Positions 55,143-63,563 of a DNA stretch of 63,563 bases are shown piece after piece. This DNA is from a virus (lineage: Duplodnaviria > Caudoviricetes), in the IMG/VR virus record IMGVR_UViG_3300046012_000215, positions 1 through 63,563 of that record; one strand, 5' to 3'. Positions within the stretch are counted from its first letter, which is position 1. Each line of letters opens with the position of its first letter. The notes under the pieces were generated by a model. It saw only the letters and a program-made list of their open reading frames with translations. It did not search any database and was not told the DNA's origin. Both the position numbers and the translations under genes were made by a program.

Positions 55143-55270
55143 ACCAAATAAAGGAAAACTCCAATGCGACATCCAACGTCAGCTGGATAAAGAAAAAAAA
55201 CTTAATCTAATTAATTATAGAATAAAGAGATTGATGTTAGGGAACTCCGCCCTAAGAGAAAAGGTTATTT

Positions 55271-55900
55271 ATGTGGTTGAGCAAGCATCTCGAAGAATTT
55301 GTTAAACCACATCTAGGATACATTCCTAAGAGGTATTCCCATGTGAAACATTTCACGCCGCGCGAGATGGTCTACATTAAGAGCATCTGGCGAAAGGCTC
55401 GTCGTGAAGCAAAAGAAACTAACCGAACTCTTCTACTTCTGGGACGGGATGTTTGGGTATTCGAGGTTCTCGCAAGACGTGAGAATTTCCCAACCATCTT
55501 CGTCCCAGAGTGTAGTCGAGTGACTAAATATCATTTCGCTGAAAGATTTAGTGGTCGAAATGATCTTTTGTTGTTCGACACAGGGTTTGAGGGTAGCATT
55601 CCACGTGCTTTAAATCTTGATCATATTCTAGTTTCAGCTAATAATCGAAGCAAGCAAATTTTTCCATGTCAGAACGATGCTCGAGCATTAGCTTTTAAGA
55701 TCGAATACTCTCCAAAGTACTGGGAGTCAGGTCGGCTTGTAGACGGTGAGGTCATGATGAACTATAGTTCAGAGCCTGACTTCATGAGAGCTCTTGACTT
55801 GACCTATGAAATTTACACAGATTCCACACCTCGACAAGACTTTAGCTTCAAACCAACACTAAATTTATCGAAAGAAGATCAGTATGCCTACTTTATTTAA
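55271..55900 (+). CDS. Hypothetical alpha/beta enzyme-like protein
   Basis: LLLGRD and LLFDTGFEGSI motifs. Confidence 0.6.
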   Translation: MWLSKHLEEFVKPHLGYIPKRYSHVKHFTPREMVYIKSIWRKARREAKETNRTLLLLGRDVWVFEVLARRENFPTIFVPECSRVTKYHFAERFSGRNDLLLFDTGFEGSIPRALNLDHILVSANNRSKQIFPCQNDARALAFKIEYSPKYWESGRLVDGEVMMNYSSEPDFMRALDLTYEIYTDSTPRQDFSFKPTLNLSKEDQYAYFI

Positions 55901-56150
55901 AGCCGACGGCACGTCGCAAGAGATTTTTCCTAAAAAAGACAAGTTTGAGCTCGAAGAGCTTCAAACCTTAGTGGGCGGCTACATTGAACTGTGCCCAACC
56001 ATCAATGATCAGGAGACTCTCGTTGTTGACGAAGAGGGAGCGTTAAAGAGCAAACCCTTTAACAAGAAAGCTACTGCTCTCTATAAGCACAAATCTTTCA
56101 ACTTTATCGTTGGAGATGCTGTTTTAGTTAAAACCTCAGACCTCCTATGA
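55884..56150 (+). CDS. DUF3846-like protein
   Basis: LEELQ.LVGGYIE...VDEEG..K..P.N..AT...IVGD. Confidence 0.85.
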   Translation: MPTLFKADGTSQEIFPKKDKFELEELQTLVGGYIELCPTINDQETLVVDEEGALKSKPFNKKATALYKHKSFNFIVGDAVLVKTSDLL

Positions 56151-56291
56151 CACAACCTAGTGGTATGAGAGTCGCGTTTTGTAACCATTGTGGTGTAGAA
56201 GGCCTTTGCCTCGCTACTCTGATAAACTGGTGGTGTGTTCGGTGCAACCGAGAGTTCACGTATGGGCTCAAGAGATGGAAAGGAATAACCT

Positions 56292-56658
56292 GGTGAACAA
56301 ATACACGATCTTTAGACGTAAAGGGCCAGCGCCGCCAGGCAAATGTTCCGAATGTAATGAACCAATGGACATTTCTCTCATTAAAAATCATCTAATTAAG
56401 AAACATGGTTATAAACAAGTCGGAGGTCAGGTCTTTAAACCTCTATTTTGTGTTCAATGTGGAGCACCTGCTCTTTATAAAGTGGGGCGTGATGGCTACT
56501 GTAAAGCCCACAGAGATTTAGCCACGAAGCGAAGAGAAATTCACGCTAGAGAAGTGATTGAACCAAAAAGAACAGAAAAAGAAGAGATATCAAGAAGATT
56601 CGATCAAAGTGAGCAGAAACATCGAGAAGCTTCAAGAGTCAAGAAATTCGGAGGTTAA
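56292..56658 (+). CDS. Zinc-finger protein (start uncertain, probably GTG at 56292)
   Basis: CSEC...H....H and CVQC...C..H. Confidence 0.55.
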
Positions 56659-56661
56659 GTA

Positions 56662-56919
56662 ATGGTTACTGAAGTAATAATTTGTGATATTTGTAAAGGC
56701 ACCACTACTAAGACTAATGCTAAAGACTCATGGCTTCTATATGATCTTTCTCAAGCCACTGACCTTTTGAAGAAATCAATCGAGATAGTAGAGTGGAATG
56801 AAAACTACATTGAATACTCGGGGCATGCTTGTTGTATTAGTTGTGTTCAGGGTGTGATTGGTCGAGAGCTTAGCAAGTGGAATGGAAAGACAGCAGACAA
56901 TTATGAAAGATCGGCGTGA
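56662..56919 (+). CDS. Zn-binding small protein
   Basis: CDIC...HACC..C. Confidence 0.6.
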   Translation: MVTEVIICDICKGTTTKTNAKDSWLLYDLSQATDLLKKSIEIVEWNENYIEYSGHACCISCVQGVIGRELSKWNGKTADNYERSA

Positions 56920-57139
56920 TTTCTACGTATATGACGAGTTTGGAGATGTCTGGAATGTTGAGCCTCTTAATACACATCATGATGCTTGTGATTTTAGGTA
57001 CTATATCTCTAAACGTATTAATAGTCCTCGCACTCTTCTTATACGCTCGGTCGCTCGAGAACCGAGAGAGATAGTAGTTATGGGTAAGACTAGAGGCGAG
57101 AGGATCAGGGAACACTATGCTGAAGAATCTGATTTCTAA
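56903..57139 (+). CDS. Hypothetical protein (start uncertain)
   Basis: Co-directional ORF. Confidence 0.5.
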   Translation: MKDRRDFYVYDEFGDVWNVEPLNTHHDACDFRYYISKRINSPRTLLIRSVAREPREIVVMGKTRGERIREHYAEESDF

Positions 57140-57187
57140 ATGACTTTCTTTGAAAGAGTATTTTCGTCGCTGGAATGAGGTTATTTA

Positions 57188-57388
57188 ATGCCCCTCACTG
57201 TCGAGGAAAAAGAAGCATTAACTAAGTGTGCCACGACTTATCGCAACCAGCAAGAACTTTTAGGGAAAGCTCATAAAGTTCTTTCTAATCTAGGTCAAAT
57301 TGGATTGGCCTCAAGACTAGCAATTGAGATAGTTAGACTAGAGGATATTGCAGCTGCTGTAAACGCGGCAATTATCTTGGAAAAATAG
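57188..57388 (+). CDS. Hypothetical helical protein
   Basis: RBS GAGG. Confidence 0.55.
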   Translation: MPLTVEEKEALTKCATTYRNQQELLGKAHKVLSNLGQIGLASRLAIEIVRLEDIAAAVNAAIILEK

Positions 57389-57391
57389 TTG

Positions 57392-57421
57392 TATACAACT
57401 TGATTTACGTTGATATATAAT
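57392..57421 (+). promoter_or_regulatory. Promoter TATACA-N18-TATAAT (leaderless HTH transcript)
   Basis: ATG at 57428, 6 nt after the -10 box. Confidence 0.7.
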
Positions 57422-57427
57422 AAAAAT

Positions 57428-57673
57428 ATGGAAATGGTCAACAAAATCGATGAAGTTATGGCTGACAAGAAGGTCTCGATTGAAGATTTAATCGATAGAA
57501 CCTCACTTCCGCGCATGACAATCTATAATGCTAGAAAGGGTCGCAACATTACTATTACCACAGCATTAAAGATTGCTGAGGCACTAGGAACCTCAGTCGA
57601 AGATCTTTGGATCAAGGCAGAATTCGCGGAGAAAGACGAGGAAGAAGAGGCTGAAAACCTTTCTGCCGCTTGA
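57428..57673 (+). CDS. XRE/Cro-family HTH regulator
   Basis: SIEDL...T.LPRMTI...G....TALKIAEALG.SVEDL. Confidence 0.85.
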   Translation: MEMVNKIDEVMADKKVSIEDLIDRTSLPRMTIYNARKGRNITITTALKIAEALGTSVEDLWIKAEFAEKDEEEEAENLSAA

Positions 57674-57689
57674 GAGTTTAAAAAAAAGA

Positions 57690-57771
57690 GTCTGAATGGC
57701 GGAATCGGCAGACGCAACGGACTTAAAATCCGTTTTCTTCGGAAGTGAGGGTTCAAGTCCCTCTTCAGACA
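57690..57771 (+). tRNA. tRNA-Leu (anticodon TAA)
   Basis: Acceptor GTCTGAA/TTCAGAC, anticodon arm ACGGA-CTTAAAA-TCCGT, long variable arm, T arm GAGGG-TTCAAGT-CCCTC; CCA not encoded. Confidence 0.95.
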
Positions 57772-57873
57772 CCGCAATTGGGATGGAGCTGATTAGGACG
57801 GTCACAATTAAGCCAAGGGTTTTTCTTTTGTCCCTCTCATCATCCCAGACCGAAAAGATTTGGAGAAGTGTAA

Positions 57874-59394
57874 GTGATCGACGTCGAGAAGTTAGACTGG
57901 TCGCGCTGTACGTACCCTCCCTTCGATCATCAAATCGAAGGCGTTCATAAACTCATTAAAAATAAAGCATTCGGTTTATTAGATGAGATGGGTGCTGGGA
58001 AAACAAAGCAAATTATTGATGCCGCATGTTTCTTGTACGAAACTGGAGAAATAGACACAGTTGTAATCATGTGTCCTGCTGCTGTTAAAACAGTCTGGAT
58101 TCATCCTCAATACTCTCAGATTATAGAGCACTCCTTTGTCAAAGGAGTTATTTTAGAGTTTACTGGCTCCTCTAAAGCTCTTCCGTCTAAAGATCGTGGA
58201 CTAACATGGGTAATAACTTCAGTAGAGTTACTTAGAAATTTAGATCCAAAAACCAGTCACACTCTCAGACTAAAGAGTTTACTTAAAGGTCGCCGAGTAT
58301 GGGGAGTAGTGGATGAATCTTCAGTCATTTCTAACCCAAAAGCTTCCCAAACTCGTGCGGTACTTAAACTCTCTCCCAGTTACATCCGTCGCACTATTCT
58401 TAACGGCACTCCTGTTGGTAACTCTCCTCTTACTCTATATAGCCAATTTGACTTTCTAAACCCAGCAATTTTAGGCTTCAAGAATTTCTTTGCTTTTAGA
58501 AATCGCCATGCTAGAATGGGTGGTTTCATGAATAAACAAATAGTTGGATTTGAGAGACTAGAGGAGATTCAAGCTAAAGTAAAGCCGTATGTCTTAAGAA
58601 GGCTCAAAAAAGATTGTTTAGACATCGAGCCTAAGATGTACATGCCTTTGAGAGAAGTTAAGCTTTCACCGGACACTTGGAAAATTTACTGTCAAATGCG
58701 TTCTGAGTTTGTAGCTTACTTAGGAGGTCAAGAAGGGGCCTCTATTGTTCAAGCGGCTCCTGTTAAGAGTCTTAGGTTAGCTCAAATTTGTTCAGGATTC
58801 TTGGGAGGTTTCGTAGATGACTTCGATGATACCACCAAAACCTTCGAGATTGGTTGTGAGCTTACAACAGACTTCTTAGATAATTTAGAGCATCGAATCT
58901 CAATTGATCCAAACTATAGACTTATAGTTTGGTGTAGATTCAGACCTGAGATCAATAGACTCTATAAATTGACTCAAGATAAATTTCCTAAAATGATGAT
59001 TAAAGTTCTTCAGGGAGGCCTCAGTAAAGGAGATTCTCTAGAAGCTAAGAGCTTATTTCATCCTGATGCTCCTGATCCAGATGGCCCAGCTTTACTCATT
59101 GCTCAACCTCAAGCTGGGAGATTCGGTTCAAACTTTACAAAGTGCTCAAATGTTGATTATCTCTCAAATGACTACTCCTGGATCACACGATCTCAATCAG
59201 AGGATCGAATTCATCGACCAGGTCAGAGGTTTCAAGCTTTGTTTCAAGATTACGTAGTGGTGGGGCCAAATAGAGAGCGAACAATCAGTGGATTGATTTT
59301 GAAAGCTCTTCGAAAGCACGAAGAAGTAGCTAATTGGACCTGTAAGCAATGGGAAGCAGAAATCATGCAGGAGGATAATGATGTTCCTTTCTAA
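57874..59394 (+). CDS. SNF2-family superfamily 2 helicase
   Basis: DEMGAGKT, VVDESS, LNGTP, RRLKKDCLD, QSEDRIHRPGQ. Confidence 0.9.
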   Translation: MIDVEKLDWSRCTYPPFDHQIEGVHKLIKNKAFGLLDEMGAGKTKQIIDAACFLYETGEIDTVVIMCPAAVKTVWIHPQYSQIIEHSFVKGVILEFTGSSKALPSKDRGLTWVITSVELLRNLDPKTSHTLRLKSLLKGRRVWGVVDESSVISNPKASQTRAVLKLSPSYIRRTILNGTPVGNSPLTLYSQFDFLNPAILGFKNFFAFRNRHARMGGFMNKQIVGFERLEEIQAKVKPYVLRRLKKDCLDIEPKMYMPLREVKLSPDTWKIYCQMRSEFVAYLGGQEGASIVQAAPVKSLRLAQICSGFLGGFVDDFDDTTKTFEIGCELTTDFLDNLEHRISIDPNYRLIVWCRFRPEINRLYKLTQDKFPKMMIKVLQGGLSKGDSLEAKSLFHPDAPDPDGPALLIAQPQAGRFGSNFTKCSNVDYLSNDYSWITRSQSEDRIHRPGQRFQALFQDYVVVGPNRERTISGLILKALRKHEEVANWTCKQWEAEIMQEDNDVPF

Positions 59395-59644
59395 CGAAAA
59401 ATTAGACGAGTTAATAACTTTCTGTGAAAATAAGATTTCTAAATATGAGAGCATAGGATTGGCTCTTGAAGAACTTAAAAATGTAAGGGATCGAGATAGA
59501 CATATTCCTGTGGGTCGTGAAGTATTAGTAATAAACGGAAAAGCTAAAATTAATTCCGTCACTTGCTCTTGTGGACACGTCACAAGATACAAGAAGCCAC
59601 TCAACACCATTGAAGATTTTAAGTGCCCGAAAGCAGGTAAGTGA
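59378..59644 (+). CDS. Small Zn-ribbon protein
   Basis: CSCGH...CPK. Confidence 0.55.
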   Translation: MMFLSNEKLDELITFCENKISKYESIGLALEELKNVRDRDRHIPVGREVLVINGKAKINSVTCSCGHVTRYKKPLNTIEDFKCPKAGK

Positions 59645-60168
59645 TGGGGCGCTACTCAAAGTTTAAGGATGATCTTACTAAATTTTCTGAAGAATCGACT
59701 TACCAAGATAAAGTTAATTCTAAAAAGAATGAACTTCTTTCCTTATTGACTAAGGAAAAACTGAACCACTCTCCGAGTAATTTAGGAAATCTCATCATCG
59801 CAGCAAAGCTAGAAAAGAAGAAACTTCAAGCTTTAGAAAAAGAGCAGAACCTTGTGATTGAGGCTATTAATCAGATTTTAGTTGAAAGATTAGAGTCTGA
59901 GGATTTAGCTAAGGTATCTCTAAGTAATGGAGTAACCTTATCTATTAAGGATGATGTCTACTGCACTGTGAGAGATAAACCAGCTTTCTATGAGTGGATC
60001 AAGAGCACGGGGCAAGAAGACCTGTTTACGGTTAATTTTCAGACAATGTCATCAATGACTAAATCTATGCTGGTGGAAGGCAAGGAAATTCCTCCAGGAA
60101 TCAAAACGTACTTCAAACAAAGTATACACGTTAGAGAATTGAAAGGATTGGAAGACGATGGCGACTAA
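59641..60168 (+). CDS. Conserved replication-module protein
   Basis: Coiled coil, then D..AF.EWI...G..DL..VN..T.S...G.EIPPG. Confidence 0.65.
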   Translation: MMGRYSKFKDDLTKFSEESTYQDKVNSKKNELLSLLTKEKLNHSPSNLGNLIIAAKLEKKKLQALEKEQNLVIEAINQILVERLESEDLAKVSLSNGVTLSIKDDVYCTVRDKPAFYEWIKSTGQEDLFTVNFQTMSSMTKSMLVEGKEIPPGIKTYFKQSIHVRELKGLEDDGD

Positions 60169-60955
60169 GAAAGATGAACTTACAACAATCAGCAAGGGAG
60201 AAATTGAACAAGTACCTGAATTTCTTCAAAGTGAAAAGGGCAGTCAATTAGGACTTGAACAGGTTGAGCAAGGAGATTTACTTCTCCCTCGGCTAGGGAT
60301 TTGCCAAGCTCTTTCACCGCAACGCCGAAAGACTGATTCTTCTTATATTGAAGGATTGGTTGAAGGTCAGCTCTTTAACACTGTGACTAATGAGATTTAT
60401 GGTGAAGAGCTTGAAGTTTATATGCTGTTCTTCTTCCGCAATCGAATGAAATTCTTTCCAATTGATGAGGGTGGTGGAATTGACTGCTTGTCAGCAAATG
60501 GAATTGACGGTGGAAGAATTAGCCCAGACGGTTGCTCGATTTGCAAGTTTAGTCACTGGGGTAATGGGGTCACTAAGGGAGAAGGCTCCAATGACGCTCC
60601 TCTTTGCACCATGTACGCTAACTTTTTAGCTATGACGGTTAGTGACCTTCATCCCTTGGCCATTAGCTACAAGTCTACTGGCTTAAAAATCTCAAAGAAA
60701 TTCTTAGCAGAGGTTAGACTGTCAAACATGCCAATGTTTGCTAAGAAGTATAAGATTTGCTCCACCACCATGCGGGATGGAAGCAATGAATGGTTTGAGA
60801 AGAAAATTATCACGATGGGTTTCGTAAAGGAATCGGAGATTTACAACAGGCTGAAAGAGCAATTTGAATCCATGAAAGACATGGCGGTCACGATTAAAGG
60901 AGATGACACCTCCTTTGAAGGAGAAGGGGAGCAACAAGGCCGAACTGAACTCTAA
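60158..60955 (+). CDS. Putative ssDNA-binding/recombination protein
   Basis: G.E.V...D..LPRL...Q..SPQ; acidic tail; between helicase and primase. Confidence 0.55.
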   Translation: MATKKDELTTISKGEIEQVPEFLQSEKGSQLGLEQVEQGDLLLPRLGICQALSPQRRKTDSSYIEGLVEGQLFNTVTNEIYGEELEVYMLFFFRNRMKFFPIDEGGGIDCLSANGIDGGRISPDGCSICKFSHWGNGVTKGEGSNDAPLCTMYANFLAMTVSDLHPLAISYKSTGLKISKKFLAEVRLSNMPMFAKKYKICSTTMRDGSNEWFEKKIITMGFVKESEIYNRLKEQFESMKDMAVTIKGDDTSFEGEGEQQGRTEL

Positions 60956-60962
60956 CTTCAAG

Positions 60963-60989
60963 GAGGGTAGGCTGCAAAGTCTACCCTCT
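60963..60989 (+). terminator. Hairpin after the SSB-like gene
   Basis: GAGGGTAGGC/GTCTACCCTC stem. Confidence 0.45.
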
Positions 60990-61029
60990 AACCTCTTAGT
61001 TCGATCACAAGTTAGAGGGGCAGTGTTCT

Positions 61030-62520
61030 GTGGTTAGTGAGTTCAAAGATTTATTTCGAGGAAGTACTGTAGGTCACGGTACGTTCGATAAGTCGACTGG
61101 TAATATGGCGACAATACTTGAGCCAGCGACTGAAGTTGACTTCAAAAATCATTTAGATGGCTCTAAGGGTCTCGGAATAATTCCAGTCAACGAGAAGGGT
61201 TTATGTTACTTCGGTGCTATTGACATAGACATAGATACGATAGACCATAGGAGCCTTTATGAAAGTGTTAGTAAGAGGAACTTACCACTCTCTGTATGCA
61301 GAAGCAAAAGCGGTGGAGCTCATCTCTATGCCTTTTTTCAAGAGCCTACACCTGCTACAACTGTACAATCCATCTTACGTAAGTGGGCTGGGCTTCTTGG
61401 GTTTCCTTCAAAGACTGAGATATTTCCTAAGCAGACACGTTCCTCCGCTTACAGTCCTGGTAACTGGATTAATCTTCCCTATTTCTCCTCAGATAATACA
61501 GTCCGATATGGTGTGGACTCTACAGGGTCACTTTCTCTACGTGGTTTCTTGGGGTCGATTAAGCTTTATACAGGGGAAGAAAAGATAAATGAGGGCATCA
61601 CCTCTGAACTAATTCAAATAGATTTAATGCCACCGTGCTTAAAGGAGCTAACACGTGAAGGCCTTCCTGCGGGCACCAGAAACATCGGCCTATTTAACTT
61701 CGCAGTATTTTATCGAAAATCCTCTCCTAATGGGTGGCAAGACAAAGTTCGTCATCACAATCAAAACTATCTTTCGCCTCCTTTATCTTCTCGTGAAGTT
61801 GATGCTCTTCTGCGATCTGTCAATGATCGTGTCTATCAATATCAGTGTGAAACAAGCCCGTTATGTGACTATTGTGATCGAAAAACGTGTCTCACAACAC
61901 CATACGGAGTTGGTCACAAGCCGTGGAAAGATGATAACAATTTTGATGAGATTTTGGTCACGAATCTGCGAAAAATTCTCACAGACCCGCCATCGTATAT
62001 TGTTGAGATTAATGGGAAAGATCTCTGGTTAGCCACTGACGAATTTAGAAGCTTTGAGAAGCTACGAAAGAAAGTATTTGAAACTCATGATGCTATTATT
62101 CGGCCAATTAAGCAACCTCAGTGGGAACAAAAGATTAAGGAATTATTCTCTAAGAAAACTGATATCGAAGCTCCAGAGGATGCCTCTCAATACGGAGCTA
62201 CTCTTTCATTAATTGATGATTTTCTATCTTTAAGTGATCGATCAAAAAGTGAAGAAGATATTCTTAGAGGAACGCCAATTAAGAAGGGAGCTGATATTCT
62301 GTTTCAGGTCGCTCCTCTGCAACAGTATCTTCTTTCTAAGAAGCTTAAGATTGATAATAAGGATTTGTTCGCAATTATTCATCGCCGAGGATGCTCTCAT
62401 CAAACTTTTAGAATAAAAGGTAAAGTTATTAGAGCTTGGACCATTCCGACAGACCTTATTAATAAACAATCAGAAAATTACACAGAAACTAAGTTTGAAC
62501 GCCCGGAGCCAGAAATATGA
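61030..62520 (+). CDS. AEP-type primase with PriCT-1-like domain
   Basis: HL.G...LG, GAIDID, RSKSGGAH, EIFPKQ, GNWINLPY, PPCL, G.RN. Confidence 0.85.
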   Translation: MVSEFKDLFRGSTVGHGTFDKSTGNMATILEPATEVDFKNHLDGSKGLGIIPVNEKGLCYFGAIDIDIDTIDHRSLYESVSKRNLPLSVCRSKSGGAHLYAFFQEPTPATTVQSILRKWAGLLGFPSKTEIFPKQTRSSAYSPGNWINLPYFSSDNTVRYGVDSTGSLSLRGFLGSIKLYTGEEKINEGITSELIQIDLMPPCLKELTREGLPAGTRNIGLFNFAVFYRKSSPNGWQDKVRHHNQNYLSPPLSSREVDALLRSVNDRVYQYQCETSPLCDYCDRKTCLTTPYGVGHKPWKDDNNFDEILVTNLRKILTDPPSYIVEINGKDLWLATDEFRSFEKLRKKVFETHDAIIRPIKQPQWEQKIKELFSKKTDIEAPEDASQYGATLSLIDDFLSLSDRSKSEEDILRGTPIKKGADILFQVAPLQQYLLSKKLKIDNKDLFAIIHRRGCSHQTFRIKGKVIRAWTIPTDLINKQSENYTETKFERPEPEI

Positions 62521-62581
62521 TATCACATATAATCGTTAAAAACTGTGATCTGAGCGTATCATTGTGGGAACCTGAAGATAT

Positions 62582-62636
62582 CAAGGGTTGTGTGCGCCAT
62601 ATTTGGTGTATATTATCATATTAAAAGTGTTGCACA
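62582..62636. repeat. Dyad element copy 3: CAAGG-N4-TGTGCG-N34-TGCACA
   Basis: Upstream of 62661. Confidence 0.8.
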
Positions 62637-62660
62637 CTAATCCCAAAAGGAACGAAAACG

Positions 62661-63224
62661 ATGTCTTCAAATTTTAAAAGAGCTTTTGGGAATGGTGGAT
62701 TATCAAAAGACCTTATAGATAGAACTCATGATGAGATCGATGAGTTGAGAAGAGATAAAGGTTTAGGGCCGTGGAAATGGAGTAAAGAGGAGGATAAAAA
62801 GATGTTTCAGCCTGGTCACAAAACAGTTTTTAAAGAAAGAAAATGTGATTGCTCCTTAGATTGTATGGAAATGTTTATTCCATCTGGAGCTAGATCTAAG
62901 TATGCAAATGGTCACAAACCTGTTTTTCAACCCCAGGTTGCTAAAATTTCTCATTCCTCAAATAGTACAGAGAAGATAGCCTCTAAAAAAGAACCATCAT
63001 TAGACTATAAATTAGCTTTATCGACTATGCAACGAGAACTGAGTAGTTTAGATAATCAGATTGAAGAATGCGATAATGAAATGGAAGGTTTTAGATCTGG
63101 TATAGCTTCCATGCAAATGCTCAAGAATGAAAAAGTCGAGAGACACGGAAAAGTAATAGAAGCTATTGAAATGATGAAGAGACTGATAGGAGAAACCAAT
63201 GAGGTTGCTAGGGCTAGACTTTGA
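62661..63224 (+). CDS. Hypothetical protein, Cys motif plus C-terminal coiled coil
   Basis: CDCSLDC...KYANGH; heptads. Confidence 0.65.
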   Translation: MSSNFKRAFGNGGLSKDLIDRTHDEIDELRRDKGLGPWKWSKEEDKKMFQPGHKTVFKERKCDCSLDCMEMFIPSGARSKYANGHKPVFQPQVAKISHSSNSTEKIASKKEPSLDYKLALSTMQRELSSLDNQIEECDNEMEGFRSGIASMQMLKNEKVERHGKVIEAIEMMKRLIGETNEVARARL

Positions 63225-63563
63225 AACAACAGGATTGAGTCCAGAAGAAGACTACGTCATTGAAGTTGGAGCAGTAGTCTGGGACACGGAGCGTCACGTA
63301 CCGATCATCGCTGACGGTTTCTTTGTCAAACATGAAGGGATAGACGTTTCAGAGGAAGTATCTAAACTCAATGGAGTATACAATGAGTATACTCAAGAGT
63401 TTGGTCTATCTTCTCTGGAAGCTTTTCAGCGGCTTCACAAATTAATGAATTGCTGTGGAGCTGTAGTAGCTCATAACGGCGAAGCTTTCGATCGACAGTT
63501 CTTTAAACAGTGGGGACTCAAATCAACTGGAAACGACTACAGTCTAGATTTAATTTGGATCCT
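63199..63563 (+). CDS. DEDDh exonuclease, N-terminal part (continues at nt 3)
   Basis: MRLLGLDFETTGL...VIEVGAV; RBS AGGAG. Confidence 0.9.
   Translation, partial: MRLLGLDFETTGLSPEEDYVIEVGAVVWDTERHVPIIADGFFVKHEGIDVSEEVSKLNGVYNEYTQEFGLSSLEAFQRLHKLMNCCGAVVAHNGEAFDRQFFKQWGLKSTGNDYSLDLIWI
63465..63560. repeat. Terminal direct repeat, right copy
   Basis: Identical to 2-97. Confidence 0.97.

Noticed and set aside
57523-57950. ORFs overlapping the tRNA
   Set aside because: They are translations of the tRNA-Leu gene and its flanks
1-63563. Stop-codon reassignment, introns or inteins
   Set aside because: Core genes are full length and contiguous in the standard code

Overview
The window is an apparently complete, circularly permuted 63,463-bp dsDNA phage genome. 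A 96-bp direct repeat at the ends splits a DEDDh exonuclease gene. It encodes a contractile tail (myovirus; DUF1073-type portal, DUF2213-type protease, DUF2184-type capsid, DUF3383-type sheath), and no integrase is recognisable. The + strand carries early genes (45.0-57.7 kb), a putative iteron origin (about 52 kb), tRNA-Leu(UAA), replication genes (SNF2 helicase, primase, exonuclease, UvrD, PolA) and a nucleotide module. The - strand (11.2-44.7 kb) carries packaging, head, tail and lysis genes. Most notable: (1) five virion-module proteins, including a 1283-aa Cys-rich fibre, start with Sec signal peptides, suggesting periplasmic folding and late attachment of appendages; (2) a T4-like but differently built cytosine-hypermodification cluster (kinase-UDG fusion, Asp-type thymidylate-synthase homologue, dCMP deaminase, beta-glucosyltransferase-like enzyme, MazG-like enzyme, separate ThyX); (3) two or three strongly structured intergenic RNAs; (4) three copies of a 46-bp dyad element with an exact 34-bp spacer; (5) a stand-alone mini tail-sheath domain among the early genes; (6) one beta-domain inserted into three unrelated structural proteins; (7) disordered head-module proteins sharing an A-x-D-[SAG] motif. 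A GC-rich diderm host, possibly Acidobacteriota, is inferred only. All family calls are from motif recognition by eye; no searches were run.
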